Assembly: GCA_039588255.1 (NCBI GenBank)
Contig: JBDHAF010000002.1
Span: 33,688 to 97,687, forward strand
DNA length: 64,000 nucleotides
Reading direction: 5' to 3'
Source of the DNA: Gemmatimonadota bacterium
Lineage (GTDB): Bacteria; Gemmatimonadota; Gemmatimonadetes; Gemmatimonadales; GWC2-71-9
The position numbers and the translations under genes are program-made. The notes below the pieces were generated by a model. It saw nothing but the letters and a program-made list of their open reading frames with translations, searched no databases and was not told the origin of the DNA. This document shows, one piece after another, positions 7,989 to 17,553 of the stretch. Position 1 is the first letter of the stretch. Every line of letters starts with the position of its first letter.

Positions 7989-9451
7989 CCACTTTCGAGC
8001 GCATAGTGCAGTCCCTCGAGCGCGCTGGCTTGATGGTGAGCCCGCCGGATACGCCGCCCTCCACCATCGAGGGGATCACCGATGACTCGCGACGCGTCGC
8101 TCCCGGTTGGCTCTTCTGCGCCGTCGAGGGCACCGCGGAAGACGGGCATCGCTATCTGCCGGACGCCGTGTCCCGGGGAGCGGCTGCGGCGTTGGTGTCG
8201 CGTCCGTCGGAGCTACCGATTCCGCAGATAGTGGTTCGAGAGAGCCGGGCCGCCGTCGCCCTCGCGGCGGGCGAGTGGTTCGGACACCCCGCGCGGGACC
8301 TCCGGATGGTGGGCGTGACGGGCACGAACGGCAAGTCGACGACGGTTGCCCTCATTCGACACCTGCTGAACCACGACGACGACACGGGCTCCATGGGGAC
8401 CCTCGGGGCGTTCGACGGTGGTGGCGTGCCGGTGTACGAGGAAGGGCTCACAACGCCCGGGCCGGTTCAGCTCCAACAGACCCTCGCCCGGCTGCGAGAT
8501 ACCGGTGTCACCAAGCTGGCGATGGAGGTGTCGTCCCACGCCCTCGATCAACAACGGGTCGATGCATTGTCGTTCGCCGCCGGTGTGTTCACGAACCTCA
8601 CCCACGATCATCTCGACTACCACGCGACGCTCGAGGAGTATTTCCAGGCGAAACAGCGGCTCGTCGGGTTGGTGGAGCCGGGTGGCAGCGTCGTGGTCAA
8701 CGCCGACGAGTCCGTGTGGTCGAGGCTGCTGCTGCCGGAGGGCCGGCGCCACGTTTCGTACGGCATCGATTTCGGAGCCACCGTTCGGGGTGACGACGTA
8801 CGGCTCGATGCAGACGGGGCCAGCTTCCAGGTCCTCATGGCGGGAGGTTCGTATCCTGTTCGCACGCCGTTATTGGGGGATTTCAACGTGAGTAATGCCT
8901 TGGCGGCTGTGGCGGCGGTATGGGCGTTGGACGTGCCCGCCGACGAGATCGTCGCCCGCTTGGCAACCCTGCCGCAGGTGGTGGGACGCATGGAGCAGTT
9001 GTACGGAGAGCGCTACTTGATTCTCCGCGACTACGCCCACACGCCGGATGCCCTCCGCCGGGCGATGGGGGTGGCTCGACCGTTGACAGCGGGGCGTCTG
9101 ATCGTGCTCTTCGGGTGCGGGGGGGACCGGGATCGACGGAAACGTTCGGCGATGGGCAACATCGCGGCGAGCGGTGCGGATCTCGCCATCGTGACTTCGG
9201 ACAATCCTCGAACCGAGGATCCGGATCGCATCATCGACGATATCGTGGAGGGCATGGAGGGGTGGGCGCACATGCGAATCACCAACCGGCGGGAAGCCAT
9301 CGAGCGGGCGATCGAGATGCTCGAAGAGGGTGACTGTCTGCTGTTGGCGGGGAAGGGACACGAAACCTATCAGGTCGTGGGCACCGAACGCTCGCCGTTC
9401 GATGAGCGGGAGATCGTGCTCCAGATCCTTGCCGGTCGAGCGACCACGTGA
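7985..9451 (+). CDS. murE: UDP-N-acetylmuramoyl-L-alanyl-D-glutamate--2,6-diaminopimelate ligase MurE
   Basis: GVTGTNGKSTT P-loop and the Mur ligase middle and C-terminal pattern, including DNPR (SDNPRTEDP). GTG 7985 overlaps the ftsI stop (GTGA). The ORF-track start at 7766 is an over-extension into ftsI. Confidence 0.93.
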   Translation: MTTFERIVQSLERAGLMVSPPDTPPSTIEGITDDSRRVAPGWLFCAVEGTAEDGHRYLPDAVSRGAAAALVSRPSELPIPQIVVRESRAAVALAAGEWFGHPARDLRMVGVTGTNGKSTTVALIRHLLNHDDDTGSMGTLGAFDGGGVPVYEEGLTTPGPVQLQQTLARLRDTGVTKLAMEVSSHALDQQRVDALSFAAGVFTNLTHDHLDYHATLEEYFQAKQRLVGLVEPGGSVVVNADESVWSRLLLPEGRRHVSYGIDFGATVRGDDVRLDADGASFQVLMAGGSYPVRTPLLGDFNVSNALAAVAAVWALDVPADEIVARLATLPQVVGRMEQLYGERYLILRDYAHTPDALRRAMGVARPLTAGRLIVLFGCGGDRDRRKRSAMGNIAASGADLAIVTSDNPRTEDPDRIIDDIVEGMEGWAHMRITNRREAIERAIEMLEEGDCLLLAGKGHETYQVVGTERSPFDEREIVLQILAGRATT

Positions 9452-10788
9452 TTTGGACGAGTGAGGCCGTCGCGGGGGTGCTGCACGCTGATGCGACGGG
9501 CGATCGAACGTTCGCCGAGATCAGCAGCGATACCCGTACGCTGGGCGAGAACGCCCTGTTCATTGCCCTTCTGGGGGAGCGGTTTGACGGGCACAAGTTT
9601 CTCGAGGCCGCCAGCCGCGCTGGTGCCACGGGCGCCGTGGTGCGTCGGGGGACTCCACAGGTCGCGGGACTGGTGCATTTCGAGGTCGATGACACCCTGG
9701 TCGCCTTGGGACGCCTCGCGAGGACCCGCCGTCGCCAGGCTCACGGCCCGGTGGTTGCCGTGACCGGAACAAACGGCAAGACGTCCACCAAGGAGATGTT
9801 GGCTCAGGCACTGGGGAGCCGGTGGAGGGTGCATGCCACCGTCGCCAACCTGAACAACCGCATCGGGGTGCCTCAGACAATTCTGACGGCGCCGGACGAC
9901 GCGGAAGCGCTTGTCTTGGAGGCGGGTGCCAACGAGATCGGTGAGATCGGCCATCTGCGGGACATCATCGAACCGTCGGTGGCTGTGGTGACCAACGTGT
10001 CGGCGGGGCACCTGGTCGGGTTCGGATCGCTGGAGACCGTGCTCGCCGAAAAGGTGTCCTTGGTGCGGGACTGTCCGGTGGCGGTGGTGGGAACACGCCC
10101 GCCGAGCCTGGCGGTGGAAGCGCGGAAGCAAGCACAGCGGGTCATTGCGGCCGGCACTGACCCCGGCGCCGACGTCGCCCCTGATGAGTGGACCGCCGGG
10201 GACGACGGTCGCGTGACCCTCACTTTTAGGGGTGAGCGCGTCGCGCTTCCCTTGGTCGGTCGGCACCACGTGGACAACGCCATGGTCGCCCTGGCGGTGG
10301 CGGGAGAACTCCAGCTCGATATTGAACAGGTCGCCCGAGCCCTGGAGCACGTGCAGCTTCCCGGTGGGCGGTGCGAAGTCCTCCGGCGCGGCGGTCTCAT
10401 CATCCTCAACGACACGTACAATGCCAACCCCGAGTCCCTCAGGGCATCCCTCGAGACCGCCGCCGACCTCCGGGCCGGCCGCCCCCTCGTCGCCGTGGTG
10501 GGCACCATGCTGGAGTTGGGCGATGCTTCGCCGCGACTTCATCGGGAAACGGCCGAGGCGATTCTGCGGGAAGACCCCAAGCTGGTGGGCGCCACCGGGG
10601 AGTTCATCGACGCGTTCGAAGCGCTGGACGTGCCGGCGGACCAGCTCGTGACATCGCGCGACGTGGAGGAATTGGGTAGTGTGTTGCGGGACCGGTTGGA
10701 CGGCGATGAGCTGGTGCTGGTGAAGGCATCCCGAGGCATGCGCCTGGAGCGCCTCATCCCGTTGCTCCTGAGAGAATACGAGGCCTAG
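9448..10788 (+). CDS. murF: UDP-N-acetylmuramoyl-tripeptide--D-alanyl-D-alanine ligase MurF
   Basis: VTGTNGKTSTKEM P-loop, Mur ligase family, in the canonical position. GTGA overlap with murE. Confidence 0.92.
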   Translation: MIWTSEAVAGVLHADATGDRTFAEISSDTRTLGENALFIALLGERFDGHKFLEAASRAGATGAVVRRGTPQVAGLVHFEVDDTLVALGRLARTRRRQAHGPVVAVTGTNGKTSTKEMLAQALGSRWRVHATVANLNNRIGVPQTILTAPDDAEALVLEAGANEIGEIGHLRDIIEPSVAVVTNVSAGHLVGFGSLETVLAEKVSLVRDCPVAVVGTRPPSLAVEARKQAQRVIAAGTDPGADVAPDEWTAGDDGRVTLTFRGERVALPLVGRHHVDNAMVALAVAGELQLDIEQVARALEHVQLPGGRCEVLRRGGLIILNDTYNANPESLRASLETAADLRAGRPLVAVVGTMLELGDASPRLHRETAEAILREDPKLVGATGEFIDAFEALDVPADQLVTSRDVEELGSVLRDRLDGDELVLVKASRGMRLERLIPLLLREYEA

Positions 10789-11909
10789 TGCTCTATCACT
10801 TCCTGTACCCACTCCGCCAATACATCGGCGCCCTGAACGTCTTTCAATACATCACCTTCCGAGCCGCCGGCGCGGCGGTCACCGCCATCCTCCTCGCGTT
10901 CGTCGCGGGGCCGCCGATCATCCGGAGGCTCCGGGCGCGGAAGGTAGGACAGGTCGTGCGCGCGGACGGGCCCACGTCCCACCAATCCAAGGTCGGGACG
11001 CCCACGATGGGCGGTCTGATCATACTGTTGTGCACTATCGTCCCGACGCTCCTCTGGGCGCGGTTTGACAACCGGTACGTCATCGTTGCCATGATCGCGA
11101 CGCTGTGGACCGGCGCCATCGGATTCCTCGACGACTACCTGAAGATCGTGCAGGGCAAGCCCCGGGGGCTCGTCGCCCGGTACAAGCTGGTGGGGCAGAT
11201 CGTGTTCGGGGCAGTACTGGGGATTTACCTGCTCCAGTTCCCCCTGGCGCACAACCTCCCGGCCAACGCCACCACGCTCCCGTTCTTCAAGTACATCATG
11301 GTGCTTCTGACGCCGCCGCTGTACGTGGCGTTCGTGGCGCTGGTGACGACGGGATCGAGCAACGCGGTGAACCTCACCGACGGACTCGATGGGCTGGCCG
11401 CGGGCCTCTCCATGATCGCCGCGGCGACGTTTGCCATCTTTGCCTACGTGATCGGCCGAATCGATACGTCGGAATATCTCAACATTTTTTATCTGGTCGA
11501 CTCCGGCGAGCTCACGATCTTTTGCACGGCCCTCGCGGGCGCCTGTCTGGGATTCCTGTGGTTCAACTCCCATCCCGCCGAAGTGTTCATGGGAGACACG
11601 GGGAGCCTGGCCATCGGTGGTGCACTGGGGACGGTGGCGATCCTGCTCAAGTCGGAGTTCCTCCTCGTGATCGTCGGGGGGGTGTTCGTCGCGGAGGCGG
11701 CGTCGGTCATCATCCAGACGGGAGCGTTCAAGTACCGCAAGCGGCGCCATGGAGTGGAGTACGCGCGAGAGCACCGGGTGCTCCGCATGGCACCGCTACA
11801 TCACCATTTCGAGAAGGCTGGTTGGGCGGAGCCGCAAATTGTCATTCGCTTCTACATCTTGGGAATCTTTTGCACGCTGCTCGCGCTGGCGACGTTGAAG
11901 ATCCGCTGA
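10788..11909 (+). CDS. mraY: Phospho-N-acetylmuramoyl-pentapeptide transferase MraY
   Basis: Polytopic membrane protein with MLYHFLYPL N-terminus, NAVNLTDGLDGLA and GDTGSLAIGGALG motifs, and HHHFE. Confidence 0.95.
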   Translation: MLYHFLYPLRQYIGALNVFQYITFRAAGAAVTAILLAFVAGPPIIRRLRARKVGQVVRADGPTSHQSKVGTPTMGGLIILLCTIVPTLLWARFDNRYVIVAMIATLWTGAIGFLDDYLKIVQGKPRGLVARYKLVGQIVFGAVLGIYLLQFPLAHNLPANATTLPFFKYIMVLLTPPLYVAFVALVTTGSSNAVNLTDGLDGLAAGLSMIAAATFAIFAYVIGRIDTSEYLNIFYLVDSGELTIFCTALAGACLGFLWFNSHPAEVFMGDTGSLAIGGALGTVAILLKSEFLLVIVGGVFVAEAASVIIQTGAFKYRKRRHGVEYAREHRVLRMAPLHHHFEKAGWAEPQIVIRFYILGIFCTLLALATLKIR

Positions 11910-13249
11910 TTCCCCCGGATTGGCTGGCCCGCGAGGTAGCCGTCGTCGGGCTCGGCCGCACGGGGATTGCCGCAGGTCTGTGGTTGGCGGATCACGGTGT
12001 TCGCGTGTATGCGTCGGACGCCGCCGACCGGCCCGAGGTCGCCGCCGCCGCCGAGATGTTGCGGGGGAAGTCCGCCGCGGTGGATGTGGGGTTCCACGAC
12101 CTAGCCCGGATTCGGTCGTGTGCGGCGGTCGTCATCTCCCCCGGCGTGCCTCCCGCCGCGGCGCCACTGGCCGCCGCCCGCGACGCCGGCGTGCCGGTGG
12201 TGGCCGAACTGGATCTCGCGGCGCGGGCGTTGGCCGGCGTGCCCCTCGTGGTGGTCACCGGAACGAACGGCAAGACTACGACCACCGCCTTGATCGCCCA
12301 CCTGCTCCGGTCTTCGGGGATTGAGGCGGAGGCGGCGGGCAACATTGGCCGGCCGTTGATCGCGTTGGCCGACCGCGCGTCGTCGCTGCAGTGGGTTGTC
12401 GTGGAGGCATCCTCGTTTCAGCTGCACGACTCAGCCAAGCTGGCGCCGGCCATCGGCGTGGTCACCAACCTCGCGCCGGACCATCTCGACCGGTACGACA
12501 GCGTAGAATCGTATTATGCGGACAAGCAGTTGCTCTTTCGCAACGCGACAGACCAATCGGTGTGGATTCTCAACGGCGACGACGTGGGCGTCGAGGCGCT
12601 GGCGGCCGGCGTGCCGGGCGAGCGCCGCACGTGGAGTACGCACGCGAGAACAGACGCATGGTGGGACCGCTCGAAGGGGGCCCTCATGCTCGGTGACCGG
12701 GTGGTCATGGACCGAAGCAACGTGCCGCTTCTGGGCGACCACAATGTCGAGAACGTCCTTGCCGCCGTCCTCGTCGCCGCGGTCGCCGGCGTGGAGCCGT
12801 CACAGGTTGCGGCGGCGATCCCGTCGTTCGAGGCGTTACCGCACCGGTTGGAACCGGTGCGCGAGGTCGACGGGGCACTGTGGATCAACGACTCCAAGGG
12901 CACCAACGTCGCGTCGACCCGCGTGGCGCTGGCGGCGATGGACCGTCCGTTTGTGTTGATTGCCGGAGGGCTGGACAAGGGTGAGGGTCTCGACCCCCTC
13001 GTGCCGCTGTTGACTAGGTGCCGCCGGCTGGTGGCATACGGCGAGGCAGGGGAAAAGGTCCAACGCGCATTGGGAGAATCGGTGGAAACGGAGGTCGTGG
13101 AGACGCTTGAAGCGGCCGTCCGGTCTGCCCGTCGGGTCGCGCAAGCGGGCGACGCGGTGCTCCTCTCCCCGGCGTGCGCAAGCTTCGACCAGTTCCGCGA
13201 CTTCGAGGAGCGGGGCGACGTGTTCAAGCAGCTGGTAGGGGACCTGTAG
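11870..13249 (+). CDS. murD: UDP-N-acetylmuramoylalanine--D-glutamate ligase MurD (start uncertain)
   Basis: VAVVGLGRTGIAAG Rossmann motif and VTGTNGKTTTT P-loop. The only canonical in-frame starts before the Rossmann motif and near the mraY stop are TTG 11870 and TTG 11822. The ORF-track start at 11105 runs through mraY. Confidence 0.88.
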   Translation: MHAARAGDVEDPLIPPDWLAREVAVVGLGRTGIAAGLWLADHGVRVYASDAADRPEVAAAAEMLRGKSAAVDVGFHDLARIRSCAAVVISPGVPPAAAPLAAARDAGVPVVAELDLAARALAGVPLVVVTGTNGKTTTTALIAHLLRSSGIEAEAAGNIGRPLIALADRASSLQWVVVEASSFQLHDSAKLAPAIGVVTNLAPDHLDRYDSVESYYADKQLLFRNATDQSVWILNGDDVGVEALAAGVPGERRTWSTHARTDAWWDRSKGALMLGDRVVMDRSNVPLLGDHNVENVLAAVLVAAVAGVEPSQVAAAIPSFEALPHRLEPVREVDGALWINDSKGTNVASTRVALAAMDRPFVLIAGGLDKGEGLDPLVPLLTRCRRLVAYGEAGEKVQRALGESVETEVVETLEAAVRSARRVAQAGDAVLLSPACASFDQFRDFEERGDVFKQLVGDL

Positions 13250-14368
13250 ATGGCACGGCGTCGCCCTCTGCCTCGCGCCACGTGGGAGACCCGGTTGTTG
13301 TTTCTCGTCACGCTGGTTCTCGTCGTGTTCGGGATCGCGGCGGTGTATGGCGCGTCGAGCATCGTGGCGGTGCAAGCGGGCGAGACCGGATCGGCGTTTG
13401 CCCTGCGCCAGTTGATCGGGGCCACCATTGGCGGGGCTGCGCTGTTGATCGGTGCGCGCGTCGACTACCACACGTGGGAGCGGCTTGCGTGGCCATTGCT
13501 CGGCATCGTGTCCCTGTCGCTGTTGATTCTGTTGCTGCCGTTTGCGGGTCCCATCGTTCTGGAGATCAACGGTTCGCGGCGCTGGCTCGGGGTGCCCGGG
13601 TTCTCGGTCCAGCCGGCGGAGTTCGCAAAGTTCGCGGTGGTGGTTTGGACCGCGATGCTTGCTACAAAGAAGCGCGATCGCCTGCGCAACTTCAGGCGAG
13701 GCTTGTTGCCGTTTCTCGTCGTCCTCGTTCCAGTGGCGGCGCTGGTGCTTTTCGAGCCGGCCCTGTCGCTCGCGCTGTCGGTGTGCCTCCTGGCGGGCGT
13801 CGTGCTGTTCTCCGCCGGCGCCAGAATCGGGCACTTCATCGTCATCGGCGTGATCATGACCCCCTTTCTCTGGCGGGAGATCACCGCCGTGCAATACCGG
13901 ATGCAGCGATGGATGACGTTCCTCAGTTCGGGAACGGACTACGCCGAATCGGGGTGGCAGATTCAGCAGTCGCTCATCGGTACGGGGGCGGGGAGACTCT
14001 TCGGCGTCGGGTTCGGTGAGGGGATGCAGAAGATGGGATACCTTCCGTACGGGTACTCCGATTTCATCTTCAGCACCATTGGAGAGGAATGGGGCTTCCT
14101 GGGGGTCGCGTTGCTCATCGGCTTGTTCACCGTGTTCGTGGTCATTGGGTTGCACATTGCGCGGACGGCGGCCGATCGCTTCGGCACGCTGCTGGCCGTG
14201 GGGCTCACCGCGATGATTGGCGTGACGGCATTCGTCCACATGGCCGTCACGCTGGGCATCGTGCCGACGACGGGACTTCCGTTGCCGTTCATCTCGTACG
14301 GACGCACCAATTTGATCGTCTCCATGTTTGCCACGGGCGTGCTGATCAACATCGGCGAGCGACGATGA
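13250..14368 (+). CDS. ftsW: Peptidoglycan glycosyltransferase FtsW (SEDS family)
   Basis: 372 aa polytopic protein with SEDS pattern (RWLGVPGFSVQPAEFAK, PYGYSDFIFSTIGEEWG, GLPLPFISYGRT). The ATG directly follows the murD stop. Confidence 0.92.
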   Translation: MARRRPLPRATWETRLLFLVTLVLVVFGIAAVYGASSIVAVQAGETGSAFALRQLIGATIGGAALLIGARVDYHTWERLAWPLLGIVSLSLLILLLPFAGPIVLEINGSRRWLGVPGFSVQPAEFAKFAVVVWTAMLATKKRDRLRNFRRGLLPFLVVLVPVAALVLFEPALSLALSVCLLAGVVLFSAGARIGHFIVIGVIMTPFLWREITAVQYRMQRWMTFLSSGTDYAESGWQIQQSLIGTGAGRLFGVGFGEGMQKMGYLPYGYSDFIFSTIGEEWGFLGVALLIGLFTVFVVIGLHIARTAADRFGTLLAVGLTAMIGVTAFVHMAVTLGIVPTTGLPLPFISYGRTNLIVSMFATGVLINIGERR

Positions 14369-15456
14369 AGGTCGTGATCGCCGGTGGCGGAACGGGCGGC
14401 CATCTCATGCCGGCGCTGGCCATCGCGGACGCGCTGTGCGCGTTGCGCCCCGATGTCGAGCCGGTCCTCGTGGGAGCTGAGCGCGGCGTCGAGGCCCAGA
14501 TTCTACCAGAGCGGGATCGCTACCCGTTTTATCTCCTTCCCGCAGAGCCCATCCATCGGCGTGCGTGGTGGAAGAACGCCAAATGGTTGTTTCTCGCCGG
14601 GCGGCTGATGCGGAAGTGCCGGCGCATACTCGACCGCGAGCGGCCGACCTTCGCGGTGGGGACCGGCGGCTACGCCGCTGGACCGATGTTGTGGGCGTGT
14701 AGCCAGCGGGGCATTCGCTATGGGTTACAGGAGCAAAACGCGCTACCCGGTGTGACGACGCGATGGCTGGCGCGGCGGGCCCACCAAGTGCACTTGGGAT
14801 TTCCCGAGGCGCGGGCCCACCTACGCCCGGGTCCCGCTACGGAGATCTTCGAGTTCGGCAATCCCATCTCGCCCCCGGAGGCACAGCTCGATCGTGGGGC
14901 TGCACGGCGGGCCCTCGGCATTCCCGACGATGCGGCCGTGTGTTTCGTCATGGGGGGAAGTCAGGGTGCCCGCAGTATCAATCGGGCCGTAGCCCAAGCA
15001 CTGGCGGACGGTGCGCTGGACGACATCGCGCTGCTGTGGAGTACCGGTCCTGCCATGTGGGAGGAATACCGGCACCACCATGCGCCGCCACGCCGAATCG
15101 TCAAGCCGTTTTGGGATCCGGTGGGCGAGGCGTACGGGGCGACGGACGTCGTGGTGGCTCGCTCCGGTGCCATGACCGCCGCAGAGCTCTCGGCGTGGGG
15201 GTTGCCGGCGATTCTGATTCCGCTTCCCCTTGCCGCCGCCGATCACCAAACCCGAAACGCGGTGGCGCTGGAGCAGGCCGGGTCGGCGGTCCACCTTCCC
15301 GAATCGAATCTCAAACCCGAGTCGTTGGCAGGCCTCGTAACGGAGATCCTGGGGTCTCCGGAGCGGCTCCGGACCATGTCGCAAATTGCGATTGAGCGGT
15401 CACAACCGGACGCCGCGAGGCAAATTGCGGGGCATCTTTTGGCACTCGCCGAGTAG
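14365..15456 (+). CDS. murG: UDP-N-acetylglucosamine--N-acetylmuramyl-(pentapeptide) pyrophosphoryl-undecaprenol GlcNAc transferase MurG
   Basis: MKVVIAGGGTGGHLMPALA N-terminus, with GGSQGA and ARSGAMTAAE motifs. ATGA overlap with ftsW. Confidence 0.93.
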   Translation: MKVVIAGGGTGGHLMPALAIADALCALRPDVEPVLVGAERGVEAQILPERDRYPFYLLPAEPIHRRAWWKNAKWLFLAGRLMRKCRRILDRERPTFAVGTGGYAAGPMLWACSQRGIRYGLQEQNALPGVTTRWLARRAHQVHLGFPEARAHLRPGPATEIFEFGNPISPPEAQLDRGAARRALGIPDDAAVCFVMGGSQGARSINRAVAQALADGALDDIALLWSTGPAMWEEYRHHHAPPRRIVKPFWDPVGEAYGATDVVVARSGAMTAAELSAWGLPAILIPLPLAAADHQTRNAVALEQAGSAVHLPESNLKPESLAGLVTEILGSPERLRTMSQIAIERSQPDAARQIAGHLLALAE

Positions 15457-15505
15457 GCCAAAGTCTTTCGTAAATCTAGACTTAGCCTTATTTTACACCC
15501 CATCC

Positions 15506-16885
15506 ATGGAACTATTTGCCCCTGACAATCCCCGACCCATTCACTTCATGGGGATCGCGGGTGCCGGTATGGGTGCGCTTGCTCTCCTGGCCCGGCACCG
15601 AGGGGTAGCAATCACCGGAAGCGACATCGATCCGACGAACGCAGCCGACCTCATCCAGGCCGGGGTGGAGGTGTATGCGGGACACGATCCGGCGCACATT
15701 CGCGACGCCCGGGCGGTGATCTACACCTCGGCGGTGGATCCCGAGCACGCCGTGTTGCGGGCGGCCGGCGACGCCGGCGTGCCGACCTTCAAGCGGGCCG
15801 ACGCGCTGCGATTGCTGATTGGCGACCGGGTGACTGTCGGGGTAGCCGGTACTCACGGGAAAACGACGACGGCCACCATGGTGACCGAGGTGCTAGCTGC
15901 CGTCGGTCGGGATCCCACGGGCGTCGTGGGCGGACGGGTCGACGCGTGGGGTGGCAACGCGCGGGTGGGTGGTGACGAGCTCTTCGTCGTGGAGGCGGAC
16001 GAGTACGACCAATCCTTTCTCTCCCTGCACCCCACCATCGCGGTCGTGAACAACGTGGAAGCGGAGCACCTCGAGTGTTACGGGTCCGTCGATGCACTGG
16101 AGGATGCGTTCGTGGAGTTCGCCGGCAGGGCGGAGCGCGTGCTCTTGGGTGCCGATGACGTGGGGGCGATCCGTGTGGCGGAGCGACTCGATACGGCGGT
16201 GTGGCGTGTCGGCGAAGCGCCCGATGCCGACCTTCGGCTCACGGACCTGCGGCGGGATCCGGAAACGACGACAGCGCAGCTGCAATTCCCGGACGGACGC
16301 TCGGTGCGTCTCTCGCTCCACGTTCCCGGAGTGCACAACCTGCGCAACGCGGCCATGGCGATGGGGGTGGCCGCCGCCGTCGATGCAAACCTCGACGACG
16401 CCGCAACCGCGCTCGCGGCGTTCGGCGGCGTCGGCCGGCGGTTTCAGATCATCGGCACCAAGGGTGGGGTGACGGTGGTCGACGACTACGCCCACCATGC
16501 CACGGAGGTCTCGGCCACGATCGGTGCGGCCCGTCAGCGGTTTCCCAACGCCCGTATCGTCGTGGCGTTTCAGCCCCACCTGTATTCGCGAACGCAGCGG
16601 CAGAGTGAGGCGTTGGGTCGCGCGCTGGTGGTGGCCGACGTGGTCGTCGTCACCGACGTCTATCCCGCCCGGGAACAGCCGATCCCCAACGTCACCGGCA
16701 AGTTGGTGGCGGAGGCGGCGTCCAAGGCCGGTGCGAGCGTGATCTGGATCGAGGATCGGGACGATCTGGCGGGCCGCCTCGCCGAGATGGCTCGGCCCGG
16801 CGACGCGGTGCTCACGCTGGGAGCGGGGGACATCACCCAGGTCGCCGCCGACCTGCTTCACCGACTCGCCGACGCTGCCGCATGA
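15506..16885 (+). CDS. murC: UDP-N-acetylmuramate--L-alanine ligase MurC
   Basis: IHFMGIAGAGMGALA Rossmann motif and GVAGTHGKTTTATM P-loop. ATG 15506 follows an AT-rich 49-nt gap. Confidence 0.93.
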   Translation: MELFAPDNPRPIHFMGIAGAGMGALALLARHRGVAITGSDIDPTNAADLIQAGVEVYAGHDPAHIRDARAVIYTSAVDPEHAVLRAAGDAGVPTFKRADALRLLIGDRVTVGVAGTHGKTTTATMVTEVLAAVGRDPTGVVGGRVDAWGGNARVGGDELFVVEADEYDQSFLSLHPTIAVVNNVEAEHLECYGSVDALEDAFVEFAGRAERVLLGADDVGAIRVAERLDTAVWRVGEAPDADLRLTDLRRDPETTTAQLQFPDGRSVRLSLHVPGVHNLRNAAMAMGVAAAVDANLDDAATALAAFGGVGRRFQIIGTKGGVTVVDDYAHHATEVSATIGAARQRFPNARIVVAFQPHLYSRTQRQSEALGRALVVADVVVVTDVYPAREQPIPNVTGKLVAEAASKAGASVIWIEDRDDLAGRLAEMARPGDAVLTLGAGDITQVAADLLHRLADAAA

Positions 16886-17553
16886 AGCGACGCGTCATGC
16901 TCTTTGTTGCCGGTGGGGCGGTCGTTCTGGCCGCGCTCCTGGCGACTCCCCTCCTCCTGCGCCAGATGACGTTCTTCCGCGTGCGGCAGGTGGAGCTGGT
17001 TGGGGTGCGGTATCTTGCGCCGGACGACCTCCTGGACGCCCTCGGCATGGAGCCGGACCAGAACATCTTCGACGACTTGGAGGTGCTGGAGGAACGGGTG
17101 TCGCGGGTGGGTGGCGTCGTCCAAGTGCGTGTGCGACGCCGGTTGCCCGGCACGTTGCGGGTCGATGTGAGTGAACGCTTCCCGATGGCGTTTGCGCCGG
17201 GGCCGGAAGGGTTTGTGACGCTGGACGCCTGGGCCAAGCCGTTGCCCTACGATCCCACGGCGAGCGGGGTGGACTTGCCGGTCGTCGCACGCCCGGACAC
17301 GCTGTTGGTCGGGGCCCTCGCAGCGGTGCGCTTCGCCAGCCGGGAGCTGTACGATGAGGTGGACTGGGTGGAGACCCACGAAGCGGGAGGGGTGCGACTC
17401 GTGCTCGGCGACCGCCGGATACTCGTGCGGGACGTGCCGTCGGTGAGCGAGGTGGACGCGGTGCTCGCGGTCCGCGAGCAAATCGGAAACGCATATGACG
17501 AACTCGACGCTCGGTATGGTGGTTTGGTCGTCGTGCGGCGGAGAGAGATATGA
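16882..17553 (+). CDS. ftsQ: Cell division protein FtsQ (POTRA domain)
   Basis: N-terminal TM, then the POTRA-like FFRVRQVELVGVRYLAPDDLLDALG. Canonical position, with ATGA overlap with murC. Confidence 0.8.
   Translation: MKRRVMLFVAGGAVVLAALLATPLLLRQMTFFRVRQVELVGVRYLAPDDLLDALGMEPDQNIFDDLEVLEERVSRVGGVVQVRVRRRLPGTLRVDVSERFPMAFAPGPEGFVTLDAWAKPLPYDPTASGVDLPVVARPDTLLVGALAAVRFASRELYDEVDWVETHEAGGVRLVLGDRRILVRDVPSVSEVDAVLAVREQIGNAYDELDARYGGLVVVRRREI

Noticed and set aside
9370-14239. Long minus-strand ORFs opposite murF, mraY, murD and ftsW (9370-10812, 10785-11774, 12514-13428, 12836-14239)
   Set aside because: Same artefact. They lie antisense to unambiguous Mur/MraY/FtsW genes, and their products are dominated by Arg/His/Asp/Pro runs with no family resemblance. 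The same reasoning applies to 24474-25823, 42743-44233, 45989-47023, 56116-57228 and the many shorter overlapping ORFs.
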